Below the pieces are notes generated by a model. That model made no database searches and was not told the DNA's origin. It saw only the letters and a list, made by a program, of their open reading frames with translations. 64,000 nt of DNA from Candidatus Omnitrophota bacterium. Lineage in GTDB: Bacteria; Omnitrophota; Gorgyraeia; Gygaellales; Profunditerraquicolaceae. The translations under genes and the position numbers were made by a program. Shown here one piece after another: positions 1 to 7,121 of this stretch. The stretch is from NCBI GenBank assembly GCA_030650425.1, contig JAUSED010000008.1, positions 196,554-260,553 of the forward strand. The letters run 5' to 3'. Within the stretch, counting starts at the first letter, position 1. Every line of letters starts with the position of its first letter.

Positions 1-750
1 GGCCTTTACGACTTGATGAATGGAATCGGGGCGCACGAGATTATCGTCGAAACTAACCAACATATCGCCAATATGAGCGATCTAAGCAGTGACCAGATAG
101 CTAAGGTCTTAAGATGTTACTCAGACAGGATCATTGATTTGGAAAAAGATAAGCGTTTCAAGTACGCTTTGGTTTTTAAGAATTACGGTAAGAGCGCGGG
201 AGGAAGTTCGTTAAAGCATTCGCGCTCACAGTTGATTGCCACTCCGGTAAATCCCAAACGCGTAAAAGAAGAGCTTACCGGCGCAAAACAATATTTTGAT
301 TATCACGAAAGATGTATATTTTGCGATTTAATCAGGCAGGAAATAGAGCAGAAGGATCGGATCGTCCTGGATTTGGATGGTTTTATCGCGATTGCTCCTT
401 TTGCGGCGCGTTTTCCTTTTGAGACCTGGATATTACCTAAAAAGCACTGCGCTGATTTTACCTGCCAGGATTCTGAATCCCTAAGAAACCTGGCCAAAGT
501 AATGAAGATCGTCCTTTCTAAGCTTAAGAAAGGGCTAAGTGATCCGCCCTATAATTATATGATTCATACCGCGCCTTTTCGCAGGCAAAAGGCTGGTTAC
601 TGGAAAACTGTAGAGCAGGATTATCATTGGCATATTGAAATCATGCCGCGCTTAACGCGCGTCGCGGGTTTTGAGTGGGGAACAGGTTTTTATATTTGCC
701 CTTTACCTCCGGAAGATGCCGCCAGTTTTTTAAGAGGAGTGGAAGTCTAA
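1..750 (+). CDS. Galactose-1-phosphate uridylyltransferase (GalT/HIT class) paralog. The 5' end runs off the window; the frame is open from nt 1 (GLYDL...). The HPH catalytic motif reads H-S-R-S-Q, so the nucleophilic His is lost.
   Basis: Collinear alignment with the downstream GalT copy (GAHEvlvET, KRFKY, RCIFCD, HWHIE, FEWGTGFY). The region equivalent to E. coli His164-Pro-His166 reads LKHSRSQ. Confidence 0.7.
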   Translation, partial: GLYDLMNGIGAHEIIVETNQHIANMSDLSSDQIAKVLRCYSDRIIDLEKDKRFKYALVFKNYGKSAGGSSLKHSRSQLIATPVNPKRVKEELTGAKQYFDYHERCIFCDLIRQEIEQKDRIVLDLDGFIAIAPFAARFPFETWILPKKHCADFTCQDSESLRNLAKVMKIVLSKLKKGLSDPPYNYMIHTAPFRRQKAGYWKTVEQDYHWHIEIMPRLTRVAGFEWGTGFYICPLPPEDAASFLRGVEV

Positions 751-751
751 T

Positions 752-1753
752 ATGGCTGAATTAAGAAGAGACCCTATCGTAGGCAGGTGGGTAATCGTGG
801 ATACGGATCACCCGAGCGCTCCCAAAGATTTTCAATATGAACAGTATATTCAAAAAGGAGGGGCTTGTCCATTTTGTTACGGCAGTGAAACGTTGACCCC
901 TCCGGAGATAGATAGTTTTCGCGAGCCGGGGACCGCGGCTAATACTTCCGGTTGGCAGGTGCGCGTGGTCCCTAATAAATTTCCGGCGCTCCAAGTCGAA
1001 GGCGAATTGAACAGAAGGCCGCTTGGCCTTTATGATATGTCTAACGGCGTTGGCGCCCATGAGGTTCTTATCGAGACACCGTATCACGCCAAGGATATCT
1101 GCGATTTATTGCCGCTTGAAATTGAGAATTATTTGAAGATGTGTTGCCGCCGCGCGCAAGATCTGGCGAAAGACAAGCGTTTCAAATATCTTATGTTTTT
1201 CCGGAATTTTGGTTCGGCCGCGGGCGCGTCATTGGAACATCCGCATACTCAGATTGTCGCGCTTCCGATGGTTCCTAAGAACGCGTTGGAAGAAATACAT
1301 GGAGCCAAGAATTATTTTGATTACCGCGAGCGCTGCATCTTCTGCGACATCATTAGGCAGGAGACACAGGAGAAGGAAAGGATAATCTTAGAGAATAAAT
1401 ACTTTTTGTCATTTTGCCCTTTTGTTTCGCGTTTTCCGTTTGAGATTTGGATCATACCCAAAAAGCATAGCGGGCATTTTTGTCATATGCCGGCTGAAGA
1501 AATAACCGCCCTCTCCGAAGTCTTAAAAGAAACCATAGGTAAAATCAAGAAAGTATTCATTAATTTGTCTTATAACTATATCATTCATTCCGCGCCAATC
1601 AATGGTGATGGCGACGGTGAGTATTATCACTGGCATATCGAATTTATGCCCAAGCTTACCCAAGTGGCAGGTTTTGAATGGGGCACGGGTTTCTATATTG
1701 ACCCCACCTCTCCGGAATTAGCCGCGCAGTATTTAAAAGCAATAAAAGAATAA
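752..1753 (+). CDS. galT: Galactose-1-phosphate uridylyltransferase (class I GalT, HIT superfamily), apparently intact
   Basis: Zinc-site CPFCYGSE, intact catalytic LEHPHTQ, C-terminal HWHIEFMP and FEWGTGFY motifs; 333 aa. Starts 2 nt after the stop of the upstream paralog. Confidence 0.8.
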   Translation: MAELRRDPIVGRWVIVDTDHPSAPKDFQYEQYIQKGGACPFCYGSETLTPPEIDSFREPGTAANTSGWQVRVVPNKFPALQVEGELNRRPLGLYDMSNGVGAHEVLIETPYHAKDICDLLPLEIENYLKMCCRRAQDLAKDKRFKYLMFFRNFGSAAGASLEHPHTQIVALPMVPKNALEEIHGAKNYFDYRERCIFCDIIRQETQEKERIILENKYFLSFCPFVSRFPFEIWIIPKKHSGHFCHMPAEEITALSEVLKETIGKIKKVFINLSYNYIIHSAPINGDGDGEYYHWHIEFMPKLTQVAGFEWGTGFYIDPTSPELAAQYLKAIKE

Positions 1754-1789
1754 AACTCAAAAACATATTAATTAAAAGGAGGAAGTAAA

Positions 1790-2842
1790 ATGGCTGTGAA
1801 AGTTGGTATCAACGGATTTGGAAGAATAGGGCGCCTTGTTGCCCGAGCGATCCTCGAAAAAAATTCTAAAAATCTTGAATTAGTCGCGGTTAATGATTTA
1901 ACCGACGCCAAATCAAACGCCTTATTATTAAAGTATGATTCGGTGCATGGAAGGTTTTGCGGGGAGGTAAAGGCTGTTGGAGATAGCGTCATTTCGGTTA
2001 ACGGCAAAGAGATCAAGGTCTTAAGCAAAAGAGACCCTTCGGAATTACCCTGGAAAGATTTAGGGGTAGAGATTGTAGTTGAGTCAACCGGTTTATTCAC
2101 CGTTAAGAAAGATGGCGTGAATAAGAAAGGTAAAGAAGTCAAGGGCGCGGAAAACCATATTACCAAAGGCGGAGCGAAAAAAGTAGTTATTTCTGCTCCG
2201 GCTGAAGGTGAGGATATCACGGTGGTTATGGGCGTTAATGAGGAGAAGTATGACCCGAAAAGCCATTTTGTATTATCCAATGCTTCTTGCACCACGAATT
2301 GCCTGGCCCCCATAGCTAAGGTATTGAATGATCAGTGGGGGATTGTTAAAGGCCTGATGACCACCATTCATTCTTATACTAATGATCAAAGATTACAGGA
2401 TATGGCGCATTCTGATCCCCGCCGTTCCCGCGCAGCCGCTCTCTCGATGATTCCGACTTCCACCGGAGCAGCTAAAGCAATATCGCTGGTGATCCCCGAA
2501 TTAAAAGGAAAACTCGATGGTTTCGCCATACGTGTTCCTACGCCTAATGTTTCGGTCGTAGATTTGACTTGTTTATTAGCCAGGAAAACTAGCGTCCAAG
2601 AGGTCAATGCGGCAATGAAAGAGGCTTCCGAAGGAAAAATGCAAGGTATACTTGGGTATACTGAGGATCCGGTTGTTTCAGTTGATTTTAACCACTGCGT
2701 TTTAAGCTCTATTGTTGATGCGATGAGCACTAAAGTCATTCAGGACGATTTCGTGAAGGTGCTTTCATGGTATGACAATGAATGGGGTTATTCCAATAGA
2801 GTAGTGGATCTTTGCGAATATATCGTTAAAAAAGGGTTATAA
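1790..2842 (+). CDS. gap: Glyceraldehyde-3-phosphate dehydrogenase
   Basis: N-terminal VGINGFGRIGR Rossmann motif and active-site SNASCTTNCLAP; 350 aa; RBS AGGAGG upstream. Confidence 0.95.
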   Translation: MAVKVGINGFGRIGRLVARAILEKNSKNLELVAVNDLTDAKSNALLLKYDSVHGRFCGEVKAVGDSVISVNGKEIKVLSKRDPSELPWKDLGVEIVVESTGLFTVKKDGVNKKGKEVKGAENHITKGGAKKVVISAPAEGEDITVVMGVNEEKYDPKSHFVLSNASCTTNCLAPIAKVLNDQWGIVKGLMTTIHSYTNDQRLQDMAHSDPRRSRAAALSMIPTSTGAAKAISLVIPELKGKLDGFAIRVPTPNVSVVDLTCLLARKTSVQEVNAAMKEASEGKMQGILGYTEDPVVSVDFNHCVLSSIVDAMSTKVIQDDFVKVLSWYDNEWGYSNRVVDLCEYIVKKGL

Positions 2843-2874
2843 GGTATTTTGAGTTTTTATGATATAATAAATCC

Positions 2875-3501
2875 ATGACCGATCTGGATTTTGTCCAAAA
2901 ATGCGCCAACGGGGACAGCCAGTCATGGGATGAATTCTTAAAACGTTATTCCCGCCTGATATATAAATATATCCGCAGCGTATTAAGCTCAAAAAGCAGC
3001 CTTTCCTTTATTCAGGATCACGCGGATGACCTGTTTCAGGAACTCTTCACCTCTTTAATTCAAGACGATTATAGGAAATTAAGAAGTTTTAAAGGAAAAA
3101 ATAGCTGCAGCTTGGCTAGTTGGTTAAGGCAGGTTGCTGTAAACTTTACCTTGGATTATTTGCGTAAAAGCAGGCCGATGCTTTCGCTTGACGCGGAGAA
3201 CGAGGAAGGTTCAACCCTGAAAGACGTATTAACCGACGGTTCTTTCTCTATTCCTGAATTGCTCAATCAGGAAGAGATGCTTAAAAGTTTAGAGGAATGC
3301 GTTGGAGAATTAAATAATAAAAGTAAGCTGGTTATAGAATTGAATATCAATCAGGGTTTAAGGCTCGAATTCTTAAAAGACTTATTCAGGGTTTCGCGGC
3401 CTGCCATTGATATGCAAAAATCCAGAATTATGGATAAGCTAAGAGAGTGTTTTAGAAGTAAAGGATTTAAGTTAGATTTCCAGGGGGAATACGTCTATTA
3501 G
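2875..3501 (+). CDS. ECF-type (sigma-70 family group IV) RNA polymerase sigma factor
   Basis: About 200 aa with a region-2-like segment (DDLFQELFTSLIQ) and a C-terminal region-4 HTH (LNINQGLRLEFLKDLFRVSRPAIDMQKSRIMDKLRE). Confidence 0.7.
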   Translation: MTDLDFVQKCANGDSQSWDEFLKRYSRLIYKYIRSVLSSKSSLSFIQDHADDLFQELFTSLIQDDYRKLRSFKGKNSCSLASWLRQVAVNFTLDYLRKSRPMLSLDAENEEGSTLKDVLTDGSFSIPELLNQEEMLKSLEECVGELNNKSKLVIELNINQGLRLEFLKDLFRVSRPAIDMQKSRIMDKLRECFRSKGFKLDFQGEYVY

Positions 3502-3520
3502 ATTAGGAAGGGGTATTGAT

Positions 3521-4222
3521 ATGGATGATAAATTTGAGGGTTTGGTTAAGGTGGTTTACCAAAGGTGGCAGAAACATGCCATGCCCGAAGGTGATCATCT
3601 TAGTGAAGAGATTATGGCCTGTTTCGCTGATGGCCGTCTCTCCGCGGAAGAAAGCGAGCCGATAATGGCGCATTTAGCTGTTTGTGAAGCTTGCGCGGAA
3701 AACTTAGCCCTAAGTTTAAGCGCTGAATCAGCTGAATTAAAAGATCTGCCTGTGGAACTGCTTGATAAAGTGAGGGAAATATTAAGCTTAAAGGGAAAAT
3801 CCTTGAGCTTGGAAATATTTTTACGGTTAAAAGAAAATATATTGGAAATAATCAATGTTAGCGGAGATATCCTTTTGGGGCAGGAGTTGGTCCCGGCGTC
3901 GATATTACGCGGCCGTAATATTAAAGAGTTTAAGGATGAAGTCACCATACTCAAAGATTTTAAGGATATTAGGCTGGAAGTAAGGGTGGAGAATAAGCAG
4001 GAAAAATATTTTAATCTTACGCTCAAGGCAAAACAAAAAATAAGCTTGCGGCCGTTTAAAGATTTACGGATAACCCTGATTAAGGAAGGGGTAGAATTGG
4101 AATCCTATTTAAGCGATTTTGGATCAGTTATTTTCGAGCATGTTCTATTGGGTAAATACAGCCTGGAGGTTAGCGGCGTAAGTGGAAAACTTGCTTCGGT
4201 AGTTTTAGATATTAGGGCCTAA
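3521..4222 (+). CDS. Putative zinc-finger (ZAS-type) anti-sigma factor, soluble (no TM helix)
   Basis: Follows the ECF sigma gene 19 nt downstream. N-terminal HLAVCEACAENLA (H-x3-C-x2-C ZAS motif). No hydrophobic segment. The C-terminal 150 aa has no recognisable domain. Confidence 0.5.
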   Translation: MDDKFEGLVKVVYQRWQKHAMPEGDHLSEEIMACFADGRLSAEESEPIMAHLAVCEACAENLALSLSAESAELKDLPVELLDKVREILSLKGKSLSLEIFLRLKENILEIINVSGDILLGQELVPASILRGRNIKEFKDEVTILKDFKDIRLEVRVENKQEKYFNLTLKAKQKISLRPFKDLRITLIKEGVELESYLSDFGSVIFEHVLLGKYSLEVSGVSGKLASVVLDIRA

Positions 4223-4232
4223 TGCTAAATCA

Positions 4233-6431
4233 ATGCTGGAAGAAAAAACTTATGTTTTAGAGATTACCCGGCAGCCGGATTTACTGAAGATGAGTCTTTT
4301 CGAGCCAAAAGACGCTGCCTCGACTTTAAAGCAATATAGCCAGCACAGGGTTGATTTTAGAGAGATTGAAAAGCTGGCGCAAGAAATTACCATAAGTTTA
4401 AATAAATCTGCTTCTCAAGAACCCGCGTTGGTCAGGAACCTGCAAAAAACAGGGCAAGCGCTTTGGGATCACATCTTAAGCCGTCCGGTTAAGGAGAAAT
4501 TAAAGCTTGCGCAAGGCGCCAGGCTTATTTTGACAATTGACGAAGAGTTGATTAATATTCCCTGGGAGCTTCTTTACGACGGGGTTAATTTTTTGTGTCT
4601 GAAGTTTAGCCTGGGCAGGCTAGTCAGGACAAAAAGCCTTGGAGCCAGCGTGCAATACCGCGCCCATACACATAACTTCAAAATGTTGGTTTTGGCCAAT
4701 CCCACCAATGATTTGAAATACGCTTACCAAGAAGGAGTGAATATCAAAAACCAGTTTGACCGCAGGCATACCTCAATCCATGTTGATTTTAAATCTACCA
4801 GCATAGACAGGATATATGTAAAGAAAAATATCAGCGACTACGATATTATTCATTTTGCCGGTCACTGCGCCTATGACCAGCTTGACCAAAAAAATAGCGG
4901 GTGGGTCCTAAGCGACGGTAATTTTAGTATCCAGGATATCTTGAGCCTGGGGCAGGGAGCGGCTTTACCGGCATTGATTTTTTCGAACGCCTGCCATTCC
5001 GCCCAAAATAACTTAAGCGGATTTCTTGAAGCGGATTATCAGAAGAAGAATTATTCCCTGGCGCAGGCTTTTTTGTTCTCCGGGGTAAGGCATTATATCG
5101 GTTCTATCCGTAAAATAGAAGATTCCGCGAGTTTGGCCTTTGCCAAGGATTTCTATCATCATTTAATCTTTGGAAAATCCGTGGGTGAGGGCCTTCGTTT
5201 GAGCCGGGTTAAATTAGTTAAGGATTATGGAATTATCGCCTTGCATTGGACGAACTATCTGCTTTATGGCGATCCTAGCTTTGTCTTATTTAAGCCCAAA
5301 GATAAAATATCAAAACAAAAAAGCGGGATAAAGTTAAGGCCGAGAAAGGGATGGCTGGTTAGTTTTTTAGTTGCGGCAGCGCTTCTTGGTTTATTTTTAT
5401 ATCTGCGCGTATTTTTGCCTACGCTTAATCCGAGCGCCTATCATTTATTTTTAAGGTCCCAAAGATCGTTCGCTCAAGGTAATAATCAAGAGGTTATCCG
5501 CTTGAGCCGGGAGATTATCAAAAAAGACGCGAATTTTGTGGATAGCTACAAGTTACTCGCAGATGCTTATCGCAGGCTGGGAGATAAAGATAATGCCCTG
5601 AAATATTATTTTGACTATACGCTTCTGGCGGAGAAGAGGCGTGATTTTAAACGTTTGAGCGGCGCTTATAGTGAAATAGGCTGGTTTTATCAATCGGAAG
5701 GAGAATACCCTAAGTCATTGGAATTTTATCATAAGGCGCTTGGGCTGGCCCGCAAGCATAAAGATAAATTGAATGAAGCGATAGCCCTGCGCAGGCTGGC
5801 TGTCTGGCATATCGATAAAGAGGAATACGCTTTAGCGCTGGAGCTTTTGACCAAGAGCTCGGAGATTAACCGTGAGAGAAAATTTCTCTATGAGCACCGC
5901 TACAATCTGGCTTGCGATTATTTTGATATCGGCCTGCTTTTCAGTAACAAGGATGATTTTAGCACAGCAGAAGAGTTTTACCGGAAGAGCCTGATGATTT
6001 TTGAAAAGTTGAAAGTGAAGAATGAATTAAGCGATTATTATTTTAATTTGGGAGAATTGTATCTATTCGAAAAACAGTATCAGAAGGCGCTGGATTATTA
6101 CTCGCTTGGCCTTAAACTGGACCAGGCGCAGGGGAATAAGTTAAGCCTGGCTTCCGATTATAATATGCTTGGCGAACTGTATCTGGAGATGGAGAAGTTT
6201 CCGGAAGCCGAGCATGCCTTTGAACAGGCTGTCGGCCTGGCTAAAGAGATCCGCTCACAGCCGGAGCTGGCAGCGGCGTATCATAATTTAGGCTTGTTAT
6301 ACAAAAAACTGGGAAAGAAGAATAAAGCCAAAGAATATCTGCGCCTCGCGCAAGAAATCTACGGTTCCCTGGACCCCTTAGCTTATCAAGAGGTGAAGTC
6401 CGAGATTTTAGGGTTAAATAATCCGCCTTAG
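4233..6431 (+). CDS. CHAT-domain (caspase-like His/Cys protease) protein with one TM helix and a C-terminal TPR repeat domain
   Basis: HFAGHCAYD (His211) and FSNACHSAQ (Cys254) form a CHAT catalytic dyad. KLRPRKG followed by a 21-aa hydrophobic helix (aa 374-394) predicts an N-in topology. About 330 aa of TPR-like repeats follow (YYFDYTL, YHKALGLA, YYSLGLKL, AYHNLGLLY). Confidence 0.8.
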   Translation: MLEEKTYVLEITRQPDLLKMSLFEPKDAASTLKQYSQHRVDFREIEKLAQEITISLNKSASQEPALVRNLQKTGQALWDHILSRPVKEKLKLAQGARLILTIDEELINIPWELLYDGVNFLCLKFSLGRLVRTKSLGASVQYRAHTHNFKMLVLANPTNDLKYAYQEGVNIKNQFDRRHTSIHVDFKSTSIDRIYVKKNISDYDIIHFAGHCAYDQLDQKNSGWVLSDGNFSIQDILSLGQGAALPALIFSNACHSAQNNLSGFLEADYQKKNYSLAQAFLFSGVRHYIGSIRKIEDSASLAFAKDFYHHLIFGKSVGEGLRLSRVKLVKDYGIIALHWTNYLLYGDPSFVLFKPKDKISKQKSGIKLRPRKGWLVSFLVAAALLGLFLYLRVFLPTLNPSAYHLFLRSQRSFAQGNNQEVIRLSREIIKKDANFVDSYKLLADAYRRLGDKDNALKYYFDYTLLAEKRRDFKRLSGAYSEIGWFYQSEGEYPKSLEFYHKALGLARKHKDKLNEAIALRRLAVWHIDKEEYALALELLTKSSEINRERKFLYEHRYNLACDYFDIGLLFSNKDDFSTAEEFYRKSLMIFEKLKVKNELSDYYFNLGELYLFEKQYQKALDYYSLGLKLDQAQGNKLSLASDYNMLGELYLEMEKFPEAEHAFEQAVGLAKEIRSQPELAAAYHNLGLLYKKLGKKNKAKEYLRLAQEIYGSLDPLAYQEVKSEILGLNNPP

Positions 6432-6445
6432 CGGGCTCGAAAACA

Positions 6446-6540
6446 TGGGACCGCTTCCATTCCTCTAGGGGACACTTTCCAACAGCCAGTAAACGCGTGT
6501 AGGAAAGTGTCCCCTGAGCGAAAAGAATAGAAACGGTCCC
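6446..6540 (+). terminator. Nested long hairpin immediately after the CHAT-TPR gene (outer stem gggaccg/cggtccc, inner 13-bp stem ggggacactttcc/ggaaagtgtcccc). Probable transcript 3' structure or terminator.
   Basis: Inverted repeats at 6447-6453/6534-6540 and 6468-6480/6502-6514, followed by TTGATTTT. Confidence 0.4.
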
Positions 6541-6542
6541 TT

Positions 6543-6570
6543 GATTTTAATAAAAAATATGTTACACTTC
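6543..6570 (+). promoter_or_regulatory. Sigma70-like promoter P1 (TTGATT-16 nt-TACACT). Paralogous to the element at 6929-6956.
   Basis: Both copies share aaaaatatgttaYacttc; the downstream leaders share GGCAAACTAsCAG. Confidence 0.35.
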
Positions 6571-6726
6571 CCTTGTAAGTGATCTTTTGATAATTTTGGT
6601 TGTACCTAGTGAAAAGGCAAACTAGCAGTAATGCTGGGGCGCAAAGCTTCCGGCCCCACCCAGAACTTGGGTGTGGGGTAGCGGGGTTGCCAAAAGGATG
6701 AAACCCTAAAAAGCAAAAGCCCTGGC

Positions 6727-6828
6727 ATTAAGAAGAAGGAGGCTAAGATGAGACGGACACATCGTAAGGTAATGCGCAGGGCAAAGAGGCACCATAGAAA
6801 ACAACCGAGTTTTATCCAAGCGATTAGG
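6727..6828 (+). CDS. 33-aa highly basic mini-protein (MRRTHRKVMRRAKRHHRKQPSFIQAIRLYLGMPA), unknown function
   Basis: A strong SD (AAGGAGG) lies 7 nt upstream of the ATG. A ~150-nt structured leader precedes it and a strong hairpin terminator follows at 6863-6915. The ORF is below the 60-aa cutoff of the ORF track. Confidence 0.3.
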
Positions 6829-6862
6829 CTCTATTTAGGTATGCCCGCTTAGGGGATGAGGA

Positions 6863-6918
6863 AGAAAAGGTGACAGTCATGAAGCGCGTGACGGTCACCT
6901 TTTCTTCCCTTTTTTCCG
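6863..6918. terminator. 15-bp-stem hairpin (aaaaggtgacagtca ... tgacggtcacctttt) flanked by T/A runs on both sides; probable bidirectional intrinsic terminator
   Basis: Perfect inverted repeat with an 8-nt loop, followed by ttttcttcccttttttcc. Confidence 0.5.
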
Positions 6919-6956
6919 GACTAGGGCTTGAAGATTGTAAAAAATATGTTATACTT

Positions 6957-7077
6957 CAATTAGGCAAGGGGCAAACTACCAGCGGGCAGGCAATGCCCGG
7001 GAGAAAACAAACAAAAAATAAATTTCCCCTTGCCCGTTTTATTTTCCCCGCATAAAAATGCGGGGATTTTTTTTGTT
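6957..7077 (+). ncRNA. Candidate small RNA of ~120 nt, bounded by promoter P2 (TTGAAG-16-TATACT, 6929-6956) and an intrinsic terminator (ccccgcataaaaatgcgggg + T9, 7047-7077)
   Basis: No ORF with an RBS lies between the promoter and terminator. Internal 9-bp stem ggcaagggg (6962-6970)/ccccttgcc (7027-7035) and hairpin cgggcaggcaatgcccg. The leader motif is shared with the P1 transcript. Confidence 0.3.
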
Positions 7078-7121
7078 AGATTTTTACCACTCTTACGTCT
7101 ATTTAAGTAGGAGGTGGTAAA

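Noticed and set aside
303-497. Antisense ORFs inside coding genes (for example 303..497, 761..1087, 1768..2313, 2386..2739, 3595..4026, 10377..10781, 13115..13640, 23877..24341, 33056..33457, 40773..41204, 61702..63828 minus-strand ORFs)
   Set aside because: All lie opposite strong, motif-bearing + strand genes, lack RBS and domain signatures, and are typical shadow ORFs.
6870-7055. 61-aa ORF in the intergenic region
   Set aside because: It spans the terminator hairpin and promoter-like element, has no RBS and is of low complexity. The region is better explained as terminator plus sRNA candidate.
6432-7121. Possibility that the structured intergenic region is RNase P RNA, SRP/4.5S RNA, tmRNA or 6S RNA
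   Set aside because: I could not find the universally conserved cores (RNase P P4 GGAAAGUCCGG...; SRP domain IV GGUGCUGUUUACCAGG; tmRNA 5' GGGG...3' CCA with tag ORF). Kept as an unclassified sRNA candidate.
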